Origin: Myxococcota bacterium
Lineage (GTDB): Bacteria; Myxococcota; B64-G9
Assembly (NCBI GenBank): GCA_035453905.1
Contig: DAOTDZ010000014.1
Coordinates: forward strand, 86,452-150,451
DNA length: 64,000 nt
Reading direction: 5' to 3'
A program made the translations under genes and the position numbers. A model generated the notes under the pieces. That model did no database searches and had not been told where the DNA came from. It saw only the letters and a program-made list of their open reading frames with translations. Positions 29,025-38,236 of this stretch are shown here, piece by piece (position 1 is the first letter of the stretch; each line of letters begins with the position of its first letter).

Positions 29025-30350
29025 ATGCACATGAACCGGTTGCATCGGCCGGCGCTGGCCGGCCTGGGCCTGCTGCTGTCCGTGCTCGCGCTGGGCTGCC
29101 TGCGCCCGGCCGGGGCCGAGGAGCCGGTGCGGGTGGTCATGCCCGGCCTGCAGGCCCACGCCGGGGTGCCCGACGGGGCCGCCCAGGTGCTGGGCGATCT
29201 GGTGCTGGAGGGGCTGCTCAACCGGCACGGCCTGCGGGCCCTGGGCCCCTCGGACATGCGCACGCTGCTGCAGGCCGAGGAGCAGAAGCGGCTGCTCGGC
29301 TGCTACGACGAGGCCTGCATGGTCAGCCTGGTGGGCGCCCTGGGGGCGGACTGGCTGGTGGGCGGCAGCGTGGGCCGGCTCGAGGACCAGTACGTGCTCA
29401 GCCTGGTGCTGATCGAGGCCAAGGAGGCCCGGGTGACGGCGCGCGTCTCCGCGCAGCTCGACTCCCTGAAGGCGGCCCCGGCCCAGGTCGGCCCGCTGGT
29501 GGACCGGCTGCTCGGGCAGCGGCCGCGGGTGCGCGTGCCGAGCGCCCTGGTGGCGCCGCCGCCGGCGGTCGAGCGCGCCCCCCTGGAGCTCACGGACTTC
29601 CGGCGGCGGGCGGAGGGCTACGTGGCCAGCCTGAAGCGCGGCCCCTACGCCCCGGCCCTGGTCGAGGAGCGCCGGGCGCTGCTCGAGGACCTGGCCATCA
29701 CCCCGCTCGCGCCGATGTTCCTGCGGAAGCTCAACACCTTCTGGGCCATCCCGGGCGCCGTGGACGCGGACACCCGGCTGCAGGTGCGGACCGCCACCGA
29801 GGAGGGGAGCGCGCGGGACGCCCGGCTGCGCTTGCTGGAGTGGTTCGCCCTGGTCGACCAGCTCGAGCTGCTGAAGGCCGCCCACGCGCGCGGGCTGGAG
29901 ATGGAGAAGAGCGGCGCCGGGACCCGCCTGCAGGCCCTGCCCTTCGAGGTGAAGCCGGCCCTGCCCGAGGAGCTGCCCGACAGCCCCGAGCGGCGGGCCT
30001 ACCTGGAGGCCCGGGCCGGGGCGGTGCAGGCGGTCGAGCGCGCCCTCCAGGGGCTGGAGGCCGGCAACCCCCTGGCCTTCGCCCAGGAGTGGTTCCAGCC
30101 TGGGGACATGTCGTCGAGCGGCCCGAAGGCCACCTTCGAGGAGCTCCGCAAGCACCGCCAGAACGGGTTCAGCCTGCGCCTGTGCCCCCTGTTCACCGTG
30201 TCGACCGACGATCTGCGCCAGGCCGTCGAGCGCTTCCGGGCGAAGGGCGAGGTGGAGTTGTGCGTGCTCCGGACGCGGGGCGAGTTCGCCAGCCAGCAGA
30301 CGCTGGAGCTGGCGCAGAAGAGCACCCAGTGGCGCATCCGGGCCTGGTGA
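29025..30350 (+). CDS. Hypothetical secreted/lipoprotein, helix-rich
   Basis: GGAGGGACCGAGC precedes ATG 29025. The signal is LAGLGLLLSVLALGCLRPAGA. No recognisable domain. ORF 28968.. is trimmed. Confidence 0.5.
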   Translation: MHMNRLHRPALAGLGLLLSVLALGCLRPAGAEEPVRVVMPGLQAHAGVPDGAAQVLGDLVLEGLLNRHGLRALGPSDMRTLLQAEEQKRLLGCYDEACMVSLVGALGADWLVGGSVGRLEDQYVLSLVLIEAKEARVTARVSAQLDSLKAAPAQVGPLVDRLLGQRPRVRVPSALVAPPPAVERAPLELTDFRRRAEGYVASLKRGPYAPALVEERRALLEDLAITPLAPMFLRKLNTFWAIPGAVDADTRLQVRTATEEGSARDARLRLLEWFALVDQLELLKAAHARGLEMEKSGAGTRLQALPFEVKPALPEELPDSPERRAYLEARAGAVQAVERALQGLEAGNPLAFAQEWFQPGDMSSSGPKATFEELRKHRQNGFSLRLCPLFTVSTDDLRQAVERFRAKGEVELCVLRTRGEFASQQTLELAQKSTQWRIRAW

Positions 30351-30360
30351 GCCGGGTGGA

Positions 30361-31122
30361 TCAGAAGCGGCGATCGCGCAGGAACGGCTGGCGGGCGCGG
30401 ACCTCGGCCACCCGGGCCGGCTCGAGCTCGGCCAGCAGCAGGCCCTCCTGGGCGCCGCCCGCGGCCAGGGGCTCGCCCAGCGGGCCATAGATGGCCGAGC
30501 CGCCCGCGTAGGTCAGCCCGCCGCCCTGGCCCACCCGGTTGACCCCCACCAGGCAGCACTGGTTCTCCACCGCCCGGGCCGGCAGCAGCGTGTCCCAGGC
30601 GCGCTGGCGCGTGTCGGGCCAGGAGGCGATCACCAGCATCAGCCAGCACTCCTCGGCCACCAGGCGGAAGAGCTCCGGGAAGCGCAGGTCGTAGCACACG
30701 AAGGCGGAGGCGCGGCCGCCGCCGAGCGGGAAGGTGACCGGCCCCGGACCGGGCTCGTGCTGGCGATCCTCCCCGGCGTAGCCGAACAGGTGGCTCTTGA
30801 CGTAGGTGGCCTGGAGCTCGCCGTCCGGGCCCACCAGCCTGGCCGCGTTTCGCCCGCGGCCGGCCGCGCCGGCGAGCACCAGCCCGCCCAGCACCGCGAG
30901 CCCGTGGCGCCGGGCCAGGGCTCGCAGGAAGGCCGTGGTCGGCCCGTCGTCCGCCTCGGCGGTGAAGGCCGGGTTCAGCGAGAAGCCGGTGGCGAACATC
31001 TCCGGCAGCACCAGCAGCTCGGCCCCCGCCGCCCGGGCGCGTGCGGCGAAGCCCTCCACCCGGGCGTAGTTGGCCTGGCGATCCTCCCAGGCCACCTCGA
31101 GCTGCAGCGCGGCCAGCTTCAT
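30361..31122 (-). CDS. Carbon-nitrogen hydrolase (nitrilase-superfamily, omega-amidase-like)
   Basis: MKLAALQLEVAWEDRQANY...LLVLPEMF(E)...VKSHLF(K)...AFVCYDLRFPE(C) supplies the E-K-C triad context. ATG 31122 overlaps the stop of the upstream aminotransferase in an ATGA arrangement. The longer ORF 30361..31719 is rejected. Confidence 0.8.
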   Translation of the reverse strand: MKLAALQLEVAWEDRQANYARVEGFAARARAAGAELLVLPEMFATGFSLNPAFTAEADDGPTTAFLRALARRHGLAVLGGLVLAGAAGRGRNAARLVGPDGELQATYVKSHLFGYAGEDRQHEPGPGPVTFPLGGGRASAFVCYDLRFPELFRLVAEECWLMLVIASWPDTRQRAWDTLLPARAVENQCCLVGVNRVGQGGGLTYAGGSAIYGPLGEPLAAGGAQEGLLLAELEPARVAEVRARQPFLRDRRF

Positions 31123-32288
31123 GACCGGCGCCAGCGCCGCAGACGGGCGATGGCCTCCTCCAGGGTGTCGTCCCGCTTGCAGAAGGCCAGGCGCACCTGA
31201 TCCCGGCCCCCGCGCCGCTCCTGGTAGAACACGGAGAAGGGGATGGCGGCGACCCCGGCCTGGGCGGCCAGCCGGCGGCAGAACTCGAGATCGTCCGTGG
31301 CCCCCAGGCCCCCGATGCGCCAGGTGGCGTAGTAGGTGCCGGCGGGCCGGCTCACCTCCAGGCCGAGCTCGGTCAGGGCGTCGCACAGCCGCGCGCGCCG
31401 CCGGGTGTAGGCCTCGAGCAGCTCCCGGTAGTAGTCGTCCGCGAAGCCCAGCCCCACGGCCATGGCGCGCTGCAGGGGGCCCGGGGTGCAGAACGTCAGG
31501 AACTGGTGGGCGGCGCGCACCGCGGCCGTGAGCGGCGGCGCGGCCACGGCGTAGCCCACCTTCCAGCCGGTCATGGAGAAGGTCTTGGCCGTGGAGGAGA
31601 TGACGATGCTCGCCTCGCGCAGGCCCGGCACCTCGAGCAGGCTCACGTGCCGGCGCCCGTCGTAGACCAGGTGCTCGTACACCTCGTCGCCGATGGCCAC
31701 CGCCCCGTGCCGCTGGCACAGCTCACCCAGGAAGCGGAGCTCCTCGGCCGAGTACACCTTGCCGCACGGGTTCTGGGGGTTGTTCACCAGGACGGCCCGG
31801 GTGCGGGGGTTGAAGGCCCGCTCCAGCGCCCGCTGATCCAGCTCGAAACCCGGGCCCTGCAGCGGGACGCACACCGGCCGCGCCCCGGCCCGCGCCACCA
31901 TGGCCGGGTACAGGTCGTAGAAGGGCTCGAGCAGGATCACCTCGTCGCCCGGGTCGAGCAGCCCGAGCAGCGCCGAGGCCAGCCCCTCGGTGGCCCCGGC
32001 GGTCACCGTCACCTCGCGCTCGGGGTCCACCTCCAGGCCGTGGAAGCGCCGGAGCTTGGCCGCCACCGCCTGGCGCAGCTCGGGCACGCCGGGGCTGGGG
32101 GCGTACTGGTTGGGGCCCCGCAGGAGGTCCTCGGCCGCCAGGCGGCGGAGCTCCTCGGGGCCGTCGAAGTCCGGGAAGCCCTGGGACAGGTTGACCGCTC
32201 CCAGCCGGTTGGCGAGCTGGGTCATCTCGGTGAAGATGGAGGTGCCGAACGGGGCCAGGCTGGCGCTCACCTGTCGCTTGGGATCCAT
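31119..32288 (-). CDS. PLP-dependent class-I aminotransferase (glutamine transaminase K / methionine aminotransferase-like)
   Basis: ATG 32288 is preceded by GGAGGT. PLP-lysine context is VISSTAKTFSMTGWKVGY. Also present are LSQGFPDF and NNPQNPCGKVY. Confidence 0.85.
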   Translation of the reverse strand: MDPKRQVSASLAPFGTSIFTEMTQLANRLGAVNLSQGFPDFDGPEELRRLAAEDLLRGPNQYAPSPGVPELRQAVAAKLRRFHGLEVDPEREVTVTAGATEGLASALLGLLDPGDEVILLEPFYDLYPAMVARAGARPVCVPLQGPGFELDQRALERAFNPRTRAVLVNNPQNPCGKVYSAEELRFLGELCQRHGAVAIGDEVYEHLVYDGRRHVSLLEVPGLREASIVISSTAKTFSMTGWKVGYAVAAPPLTAAVRAAHQFLTFCTPGPLQRAMAVGLGFADDYYRELLEAYTRRRARLCDALTELGLEVSRPAGTYYATWRIGGLGATDDLEFCRRLAAQAGVAAIPFSVFYQERRGGRDQVRLAFCKRDDTLEEAIARLRRWRRS

Positions 32289-32371
32289 GCGTACCTCCAC
32301 CCGACGATTAGTCCAGCCAGGCCCGGCTCGCAAGCCTTGTGTTCGGCCCGATTCTGGGCCAGCATGCGCCC

Positions 32372-32584
32372 ATGGACGAGGTGAAGAACGTCTCGGTGCG
32401 CGTGGTGAACTGCCGGACCTGCTGGGCCGAGGGCGAGTGCAAGGTGGAGATCACCTTCAACGAGCTTGGCCGGGTGACCGAGGCCAAGGTGCTGGAGCTC
32501 TCCCCGGGCTGGGTGTACCGGCCCCACGGTCAGGCCGGCGGCCAGGCGCCCATCTGCCCGGCCTGCCAGGCCAAGCCCGCCTGA
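32372..32584 (+). CDS. Small Cys-containing hypothetical protein (about 70 aa; CxxC...CxxC)
   Basis: Third-position GC is very high throughout the ORF. CRTCWAEGEC and CPACQ are present. It occupies an otherwise intergenic region between two minus-strand genes, so it remains uncertain. Confidence 0.35.
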   Translation: MDEVKNVSVRVVNCRTCWAEGECKVEITFNELGRVTEAKVLELSPGWVYRPHGQAGGQAPICPACQAKPA

Positions 32585-32585
32585 G

Positions 32586-33249
32586 TCACCCGAGCAGGTT
32601 CAGCAGCTCGTGGGCGCGCTCGATCAGCTCGCGCGCCTTGTCCGGATCATGGTTGCGCCCCTCGTGGAACAGCAGCGTGTCGCCCTGCCCCTCGAGCTGG
32701 AGGCCGGTGCCCGCGTAGCGCATGAGGGAGAGGCGCAGGCTCGGCTGGAGCTTCGCGCGCACCGCGGCCTCGTCCGCCCCCTGCAGCACGAAGGCCCTGG
32801 AGAACTGCGGGTCCTCCTCGAAGTTGATGTCCTGGCCGCCGAACAGCTTGCCTAGGAAGTCCAGCATGGCGCGCTGGCGCCGCAGGAAGAAGTGCGGCAG
32901 CTTCAGGCGCGGGGCTTGCAAGATGCAGAGGGTCTGGTTGTGGACGGTCTGGTTCTTGCCGTGGCCGGTCACGTACTTGTAGTCCGCCAGGCACAGCTGG
33001 CCGCCGCGCACCGCGCCCGTGAGCACGTTCCGGGCGCGCTTGGAGTGGCCCAGGGTGAACAGCTTGAAGGTGCCGAAACGCGCCACCAGGGACGGATCCT
33101 CGCGCTGGAAGCGGAGATCCAGCTCGAGGGCCGCGGCCATCCAGGCCTGGCGGCGCCGCTTGGCCTGGAACCAGGCCAGCCAGACGAAGAAGGCGGTCAG
33201 GCTGATCAGCCCGGCCACCACCAGGATCACCAGGGTCCGCTCGTCCAAG
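32586..33249 (-). CDS. Hypothetical membrane protein (single N-terminal TM helix)
   Basis: TTG start at 33249 follows GGAGGTGAgc and is 2 nt after the stop of the small zinc-ribbon gene, which suggests translational coupling. The TM helix is LVILVVAGLISLTAFFVWLAWF. The N-terminal extension of ORF 32586..33428 is rejected. Confidence 0.5.
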
Positions 33250-33250
33250 C

Positions 33251-33475
33251 TCACCTCCACAGCTTTCGCCACAGCCGTCGCCACAGGCTCACCCGCGGCG
33301 GCGGGGTGTGCTCGAACACGGTCTCCTCGAGGTCGGCGCGCTCCGGGTTGGCCACCTCGCGGATGTTGCGCAGGCACTGGCCGCAGATGTTGCTGCCCTT
33401 GACGTTCGGCTCCCCGCAGTAGGGGCAAGGGACGCGCTCCTGCTTGGCCTGGGTGGGTCGGACCGGCGGTGGCAT
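33251..33475 (-). CDS. Small zinc-ribbon protein (74 aa)
   Basis: RBS GGGGAGG precedes the ATG. The zinc ribbon is CPYCGEPNVKGSNICGQC. The C-terminus is Arg/Trp-rich. Confidence 0.5.
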   Translation of the reverse strand: MPPPVRPTQAKQERVPCPYCGEPNVKGSNICGQCLRNIREVANPERADLEETVFEHTPPPRVSLWRRLWRKLWR

Positions 33476-33506
33476 CCCGTGCCTCCCCTCGCGAGCGTCC
33501 GGCGTC

Positions 33507-34643
33507 TCAGGGCGAGGCCGCCCGCAGACGGATCAGGCCGTTGTCCATCAGGCGCTGGAGCAGGCGCAGGGTCTCCAGCTCGCCGAAGGCCGTGGAGCTG
33601 ACCAGGCGGGCCACGCTCGAGTGGCCGTCCAGGCGCATGGCCAGGTGCACCTCGCGCGGGCCGAGGCGCGCCTCGGCCAGGCGCAGGCGCGGTCCGGCCA
33701 GCTCGGGCACGGCCGCGGGCGGCAGGGCCGAATACAGGGCCTCGAGCAGCTCGGCCCGGGCCCGCAGCTGGAGCTGCGCCGCCCGCGGGTGGTCGGGCTC
33801 CAGGCCCATGGCGGTCGCCAGCGGCTCGAGGGCCTCCTCGGCCCGGCCGCCGAGCAGCAGCTGCGCGCCGCGCTCCACCAGCTGCTCGACCGCGGCCATG
33901 CCCGCGGAGGCGGTCGGATCCACCCGCACGAAGCCCTGGCGGTGGGCCTCGAACAGCTGCTGATGGATGCGGAACCGGCTGCCGCCCATGCGCAGGCACA
34001 GCTTGCCCACCGAGATGGGCCAGCACAGCCCCTCCAGCTCGCGCAGCACGGAGTGGGGCGGATCGGCGGCCGCCTCCTCTGGCGGGCGGCAGCCGCGGGC
34101 TTGCACCAGCACGCGGCTGTGGGGCAGCACGGTGCGGATGCGGGCCCACTCGTCGCGGCGGCGGGCCGCCTCGAACAGGAGCTCGCGCGTGTCGACGGGC
34201 GCGGGCAGCAGCTCCTGCTCGGGCAGCGGATCGTCGTCCCGGAAGCCGCTGCCGAAGGGGGCGAAGTGGAAACTGCCCTCGCCCTGGAACAGGAGGTCCA
34301 TGGCCGTCTCGAAGGCGTGCAGCGCTTGCACCCGGCGCAGCGCCCCCGCGGACACCAGCCCCTGGGAGCGGAGCGCGGCCAGGAGCGGCTGTCCGCGCAG
34401 GGTGGACTCGAGGGTGCGCTGGAGCTGCGCCTCGCTCAGGTAGCCCCAGGACAGGAGCGCCGGCCGGATGTCGGCCCGCACCGGGTCGCCCACCACCAGG
34501 GAGATGAGCACGCCCTCGCGGAAGGCGAGCCGGCTCTCCTCCAGCTCCGCGCTGACGGTCAGGTTCCCGCTCATGCGGGACTGGTGCACGATCTGGAGCA
34601 GATCGGTCAGCGCCAGGCTGTCGAAGGTGCCGGCCAGCGGCAT
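33507..34643 (-). CDS. DUF4388 domain-containing protein
   Basis: GGAGGA precedes ATG 34643. The N-terminal signature of DUF4388 is GTFDSLALTDLLQIVHQSRMSGNLTV. Confidence 0.65.
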   Translation of the reverse strand: MPLAGTFDSLALTDLLQIVHQSRMSGNLTVSAELEESRLAFREGVLISLVVGDPVRADIRPALLSWGYLSEAQLQRTLESTLRGQPLLAALRSQGLVSAGALRRVQALHAFETAMDLLFQGEGSFHFAPFGSGFRDDDPLPEQELLPAPVDTRELLFEAARRRDEWARIRTVLPHSRVLVQARGCRPPEEAAADPPHSVLRELEGLCWPISVGKLCLRMGGSRFRIHQQLFEAHRQGFVRVDPTASAGMAAVEQLVERGAQLLLGGRAEEALEPLATAMGLEPDHPRAAQLQLRARAELLEALYSALPPAAVPELAGPRLRLAEARLGPREVHLAMRLDGHSSVARLVSSTAFGELETLRLLQRLMDNGLIRLRAASP

Positions 34644-34736
34644 GGGTCCTCCCCGTCGGCGCCATTGTGCCCCGGACCTCCGGCGGGCGCAAGCGTAGCC
34701 GGGAAGCGTTGCGCCGCGGGCGGTTCCGTGGCATCC

Positions 34737-36809
34737 ATGGGCTCCAGGGAGGTCCTGCGCGCCGTGAACGAAGTGGGACGCCTGGGTGAGCTGGTGGTGC
34801 TGCTCGGGGTGGGGGTGCTGGCCGCCCTGGTCATGGCCCGCATGCGCCTGCCGGTCATCGCCGGGCTGCTGCTGGCCGGCGCCCTGGCCGGGCCGCACGG
34901 GCTCGCCCTGGTGACCTCCTCCGAGGCCGTGGCCACCGTGGCCGAGGTGGGCGTCATCCTGCTGCTCTTCAGCGTGGGCCTGGAGCTCTCGCTCGCCAAG
35001 CTGGCGCGCATCGGCTGGACCGCGGCGCTGGGGGGCCTGCTGCAGGTGGCCGGCACCAGCCTGGCGGTGCTGGCCGTGGTGGTGACGTTCGGCGGCGCGT
35101 GGGAGCGAGGCCTGGCCTTCGGTTTCATGGTGGCGCTGTCCTCCACGGCCATCGTGCTGCGCGGGCTCCAGGACCGCGGCGAGGTGGACGCCCCCCACGG
35201 GCGCTTCATCGTGGGCACGCTGGTGCTGCAGGACCTGTGCGTGGTGCCCATGATGCTGGTGATACCGCTGCTGGCGGGCGGCTCCGGCCCCTCGGTGGCC
35301 GGGCTGGCCTGGGCGCTGGGCAAGGCCGTGGTCATCCTGGCCGGCCTCGTGCTGCTGGCGCGCCTGGCGCTGCCGTGGTTGCTGCGCCGGGTGGATCGCA
35401 CCCGCTCCCGGGAGGTGTTCTTCCTGTCCGTGGTGGTGGTCTGCCTGGGCACGGCCTACCTCACCCACCTGGCGGGCCTGTCGCTCGCCCTGGGGGCCTT
35501 CCTGGCCGGCATGCTGCTCGCGGACGGCGACTTCTCCCACCGCGCCCTGGGCGACATCCTGCCCATGCGCATCCTGTTCACCAGCGTGTTCTTCCTGTCG
35601 CTGGGCATGCTGTTCAACCCCCGGGTGGTGCTCGAGCACCCCCTGTGGGTCGCTGGGCTGTTCCTGGCCCTGCTCGTGGGCAAGGGCCTGCTGGCCGCGC
35701 TGGCCGGCCTGGCCATGCGCTTCCCGGCCCGGGTGGCCGCGCTATCCGGGCTGGCCCTGGCCCAGTTCTCCGAGTTCTCCTTCGTGCTGGCCAAGGAGTC
35801 GCAGGCGGCCGGCCTGCTGGGCGCCGTGGAGGCCGAGCTGCTGCTGGCCGCGGGGGTCCTGACCATGTTCGTCACCCCGCTCACCCTGCGCTTCTTCCCC
35901 CGCCTGGCCGCCGGCGCGGCGCTGCTGCGGCCGCTCGAGCGCCTGCTGGGCGCGCGCGGCATCACCGAGGTCTCTCCGGACCACGCCGCGCTGCACGGCC
36001 ACGTGGTGGTGGTGGGCCACGGCGTGGCGGGGCGCCTGCTGACTGCGGCGCTGCGGGAGACGGGGCAGCCCTACCTGATCATCGAGCTCAACGCGGATAC
36101 CGTGCGGGCCGCACGGATGGCCGGCGAGCCGGCCTACTACGGCGACATCACCAGCCCCGAGACCCTGGCCCACGCCCGGGTGAGGGAGGCCCGGGTGGTG
36201 ATCGTATCCATCAACGATCCGGAGGCGGCGCGCCGGGCGGTGATCGAGTCCCGCCGCAACGCGCCGGACACACCGGTCGTGGTGCGCACCCGCTACCTGG
36301 CCGACACGCAAGCGCTCCACGAGCTCGGCGCCACAGACGTGGTGAACGAGGAGCTCGAGGCGGGCATGGAGCTGATGGCCCGCGTGCTGCGGCTGCTCGG
36401 GGTCGGCAGCAACGAGCTGGCCGACCAGCTACGCCTGGCCCGCCGCCGCCACCAGCCGGCCGTGCGCAAGCTGACCATCCCCCGCAGGCAGCTCATCGAG
36501 ATCCCCGAGCTGGCCGCCCTCAAGGTGGACACCTACCGGGTGCCGCCGCAGGCGTGGGCCCTCGGGCGCACCCCGGCCGAGCTCAGGTTGCGCTCGGTGA
36601 CCGGGGCCTGGGTGGTGGGCCTGGGGCGGGATGGCAACCTGGTGGGCGGCTCGGTGACCGACAGCCGGCTGGAGATGGGCGACAGGGTGTTCCTGGTAGG
36701 CACCGGCGATCAGCTCAAGGCCGCGGCCGAGCTGTTGACCCGGGGCCCGGCCCAGGGATCCGTGGATGCGAACCTGCAGGAGGAGGACGGCGGAGAAGGA
36801 GAGGCCTAG
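34737..36809 (+). CDS. Monovalent cation:proton antiporter-2 (CPA2, KefB/KefC-like) with RCK (TrkA-N / TrkA-C) domains
   Basis: Twelve or thirteen TM helices precede an NAD-binding fold GHVVVVGHGVAGRL and a TrkA-C domain. The 5' portion of listed ORF 33444.. overlaps the DUF4388 gene and is rejected. Confidence 0.85.
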   Translation: MGSREVLRAVNEVGRLGELVVLLGVGVLAALVMARMRLPVIAGLLLAGALAGPHGLALVTSSEAVATVAEVGVILLLFSVGLELSLAKLARIGWTAALGGLLQVAGTSLAVLAVVVTFGGAWERGLAFGFMVALSSTAIVLRGLQDRGEVDAPHGRFIVGTLVLQDLCVVPMMLVIPLLAGGSGPSVAGLAWALGKAVVILAGLVLLARLALPWLLRRVDRTRSREVFFLSVVVVCLGTAYLTHLAGLSLALGAFLAGMLLADGDFSHRALGDILPMRILFTSVFFLSLGMLFNPRVVLEHPLWVAGLFLALLVGKGLLAALAGLAMRFPARVAALSGLALAQFSEFSFVLAKESQAAGLLGAVEAELLLAAGVLTMFVTPLTLRFFPRLAAGAALLRPLERLLGARGITEVSPDHAALHGHVVVVGHGVAGRLLTAALRETGQPYLIIELNADTVRAARMAGEPAYYGDITSPETLAHARVREARVVIVSINDPEAARRAVIESRRNAPDTPVVVRTRYLADTQALHELGATDVVNEELEAGMELMARVLRLLGVGSNELADQLRLARRRHQPAVRKLTIPRRQLIEIPELAALKVDTYRVPPQAWALGRTPAELRLRSVTGAWVVGLGRDGNLVGGSVTDSRLEMGDRVFLVGTGDQLKAAAELLTRGPAQGSVDANLQEEDGGEGEA

Positions 36810-36855
36810 CAGGGCTGGCGTGGACCGATCCGACCGATCGGTCCGGTCGCTCAGC

Positions 36856-37902
36856 CTACTGGCAATCGGCCGGGCACCGCGTCGCGTTCTCGCCCTTCTT
36901 CGTGTTGCACACGCCGTCGCCGCAGCAGGCGCCCTTGCGCACGCAGTCCGCGGCGCAGGCGGCGCAGGTCTCGCCGCCGGTGCACACGCCGTTGCCGCAC
37001 ACCTCGCCCGTGGGCTCGCAGTCGGGGTCGGCGCCCGGGGCGCAGGCCGCGTTGCACACGCCGTTCGCGGAGCAGTCCGGGGCCGGGGTGTTGCCGGTGA
37101 AGGCGTTGATGTAGCTCTCGAAGGTGTCCGCGCGGCTGCTCACGCCGTAGTCCAGGCAGGCCGCGTCGCCGTAGCTGGTCATGCCGCCCACGTACACGGT
37201 GCCGTTGCGGCTGACGAAGGCCGGGCCGCCCGAGTCGCCGGAGCAGGGGCCGCCCTCGGACAGGGGCTGGTAGTAGTAGAGCCGGTCGGTGCTCAGCAGG
37301 TGGTCCAGGGTGCCCACCACGTGCAGCTTGTCGCCGAAGGCGTACTGGGAACCGCTCTCGACCGTGCCGAAGCCGGCGAAGTCGAGCGCCAGGTGGCCTT
37401 CGTCCGCGGCGGTGAAGCCCAGGCTCTGGGGCAGGGCCGGGACCGGGCTGGCCACGTTCGCGGGCACCGCGCTGGTCAGGCGGGCGAGGGCGATGTCGTT
37501 GGCCATGGTGGTCGAGCTGTAGCCCGGGTGCACCGCGATCGCGGACACCATGTAGAAGTCGCTGTAGCTCAGGGTGCCGGCGTTGTACTCGCGGATCGAG
37601 CTCTGGCCCAGGTAGATGGCCAGGCCCGACGCGCGGGTGCCCTTGAGGCAGTGGGCCGCGGTCAGCACCACGTTCGGGGTGATCAGGGTGCCGGAGCAGA
37701 AGGGGGAGATGCTGATGCCCTGCCTGGAGTTCTGGTGCAGGGAGACCACCGCGTCGTACTCACCGCCCGAGGCGGGCGAGCCGTTGTAGATCGCGTTCTG
37801 GTGCTTGACCAGGTTGTTCTCGGTGGTGAGGCCGTCACCACAGGCCTGGAAGGCCACCGCACCCACGAGCGCCAGCGCGACCAGCATCAGATTCCGCCGC
37901 AT
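36856..37902 (-). CDS. Secreted trypsin-like serine protease (S1 family) with a C-terminal Cys-rich extension
   Basis: The signal peptide is present. The catalytic triad contexts are TAAHC, NDIAL and GDSGGP. Confidence 0.85.
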   Translation of the reverse strand: MRRNLMLVALALVGAVAFQACGDGLTTENNLVKHQNAIYNGSPASGGEYDAVVSLHQNSRQGISISPFCSGTLITPNVVLTAAHCLKGTRASGLAIYLGQSSIREYNAGTLSYSDFYMVSAIAVHPGYSSTTMANDIALARLTSAVPANVASPVPALPQSLGFTAADEGHLALDFAGFGTVESGSQYAFGDKLHVVGTLDHLLSTDRLYYYQPLSEGGPCSGDSGGPAFVSRNGTVYVGGMTSYGDAACLDYGVSSRADTFESYINAFTGNTPAPDCSANGVCNAACAPGADPDCEPTGEVCGNGVCTGGETCAACAADCVRKGACCGDGVCNTKKGENATRCPADCQ

Positions 37903-38197
37903 GAGACTCTCCTCCGTTCCGACCGTTTTCGAACTGTCCGACCCTAGACTTACCTTTTCCCGAAATCCAGAATTTTCTTGCCCCTGGTGCAGGGCGTCAA
38001 TAGCCTACGGATACACGCCGTCACTTCAAGCCTCATGCCAGCCCCAGGCGCCCCGGCCAAGATCTCAATCCACTGAATTCATAGAGTAATTTGCAGTGTA
38101 GGATGTTGTGCTCCGGGGTGATCCTGTAGCCTGAAATTGATCCTTCGAACGCTGGTGTTCTCTTATGGTTCTGAATTTACTATTGTTTATTTCTTGT

Positions 38198-38221
38198 AGC
38201 CCGGTTTTCAAAACGGGGACG
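38198..38221 (-). terminator. Candidate hairpin downstream of the plsC-like gene
   Basis: CCCGGTTTTcAAAACGGGG forms an imperfect stem with one mismatch and no clear U-tract. It lies inside the AT-rich island. Confidence 0.2.
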
Positions 38222-38236
38222 GAGTTGCTTTCAGAG

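Noticed and set aside
33444-34736. N-terminal 430 codons of the 1121-aa plus-strand ORF
   Set aside because: They overlap the opposite-strand DUF4388 gene. The CPA2 antiporter starts at ATG 34737.
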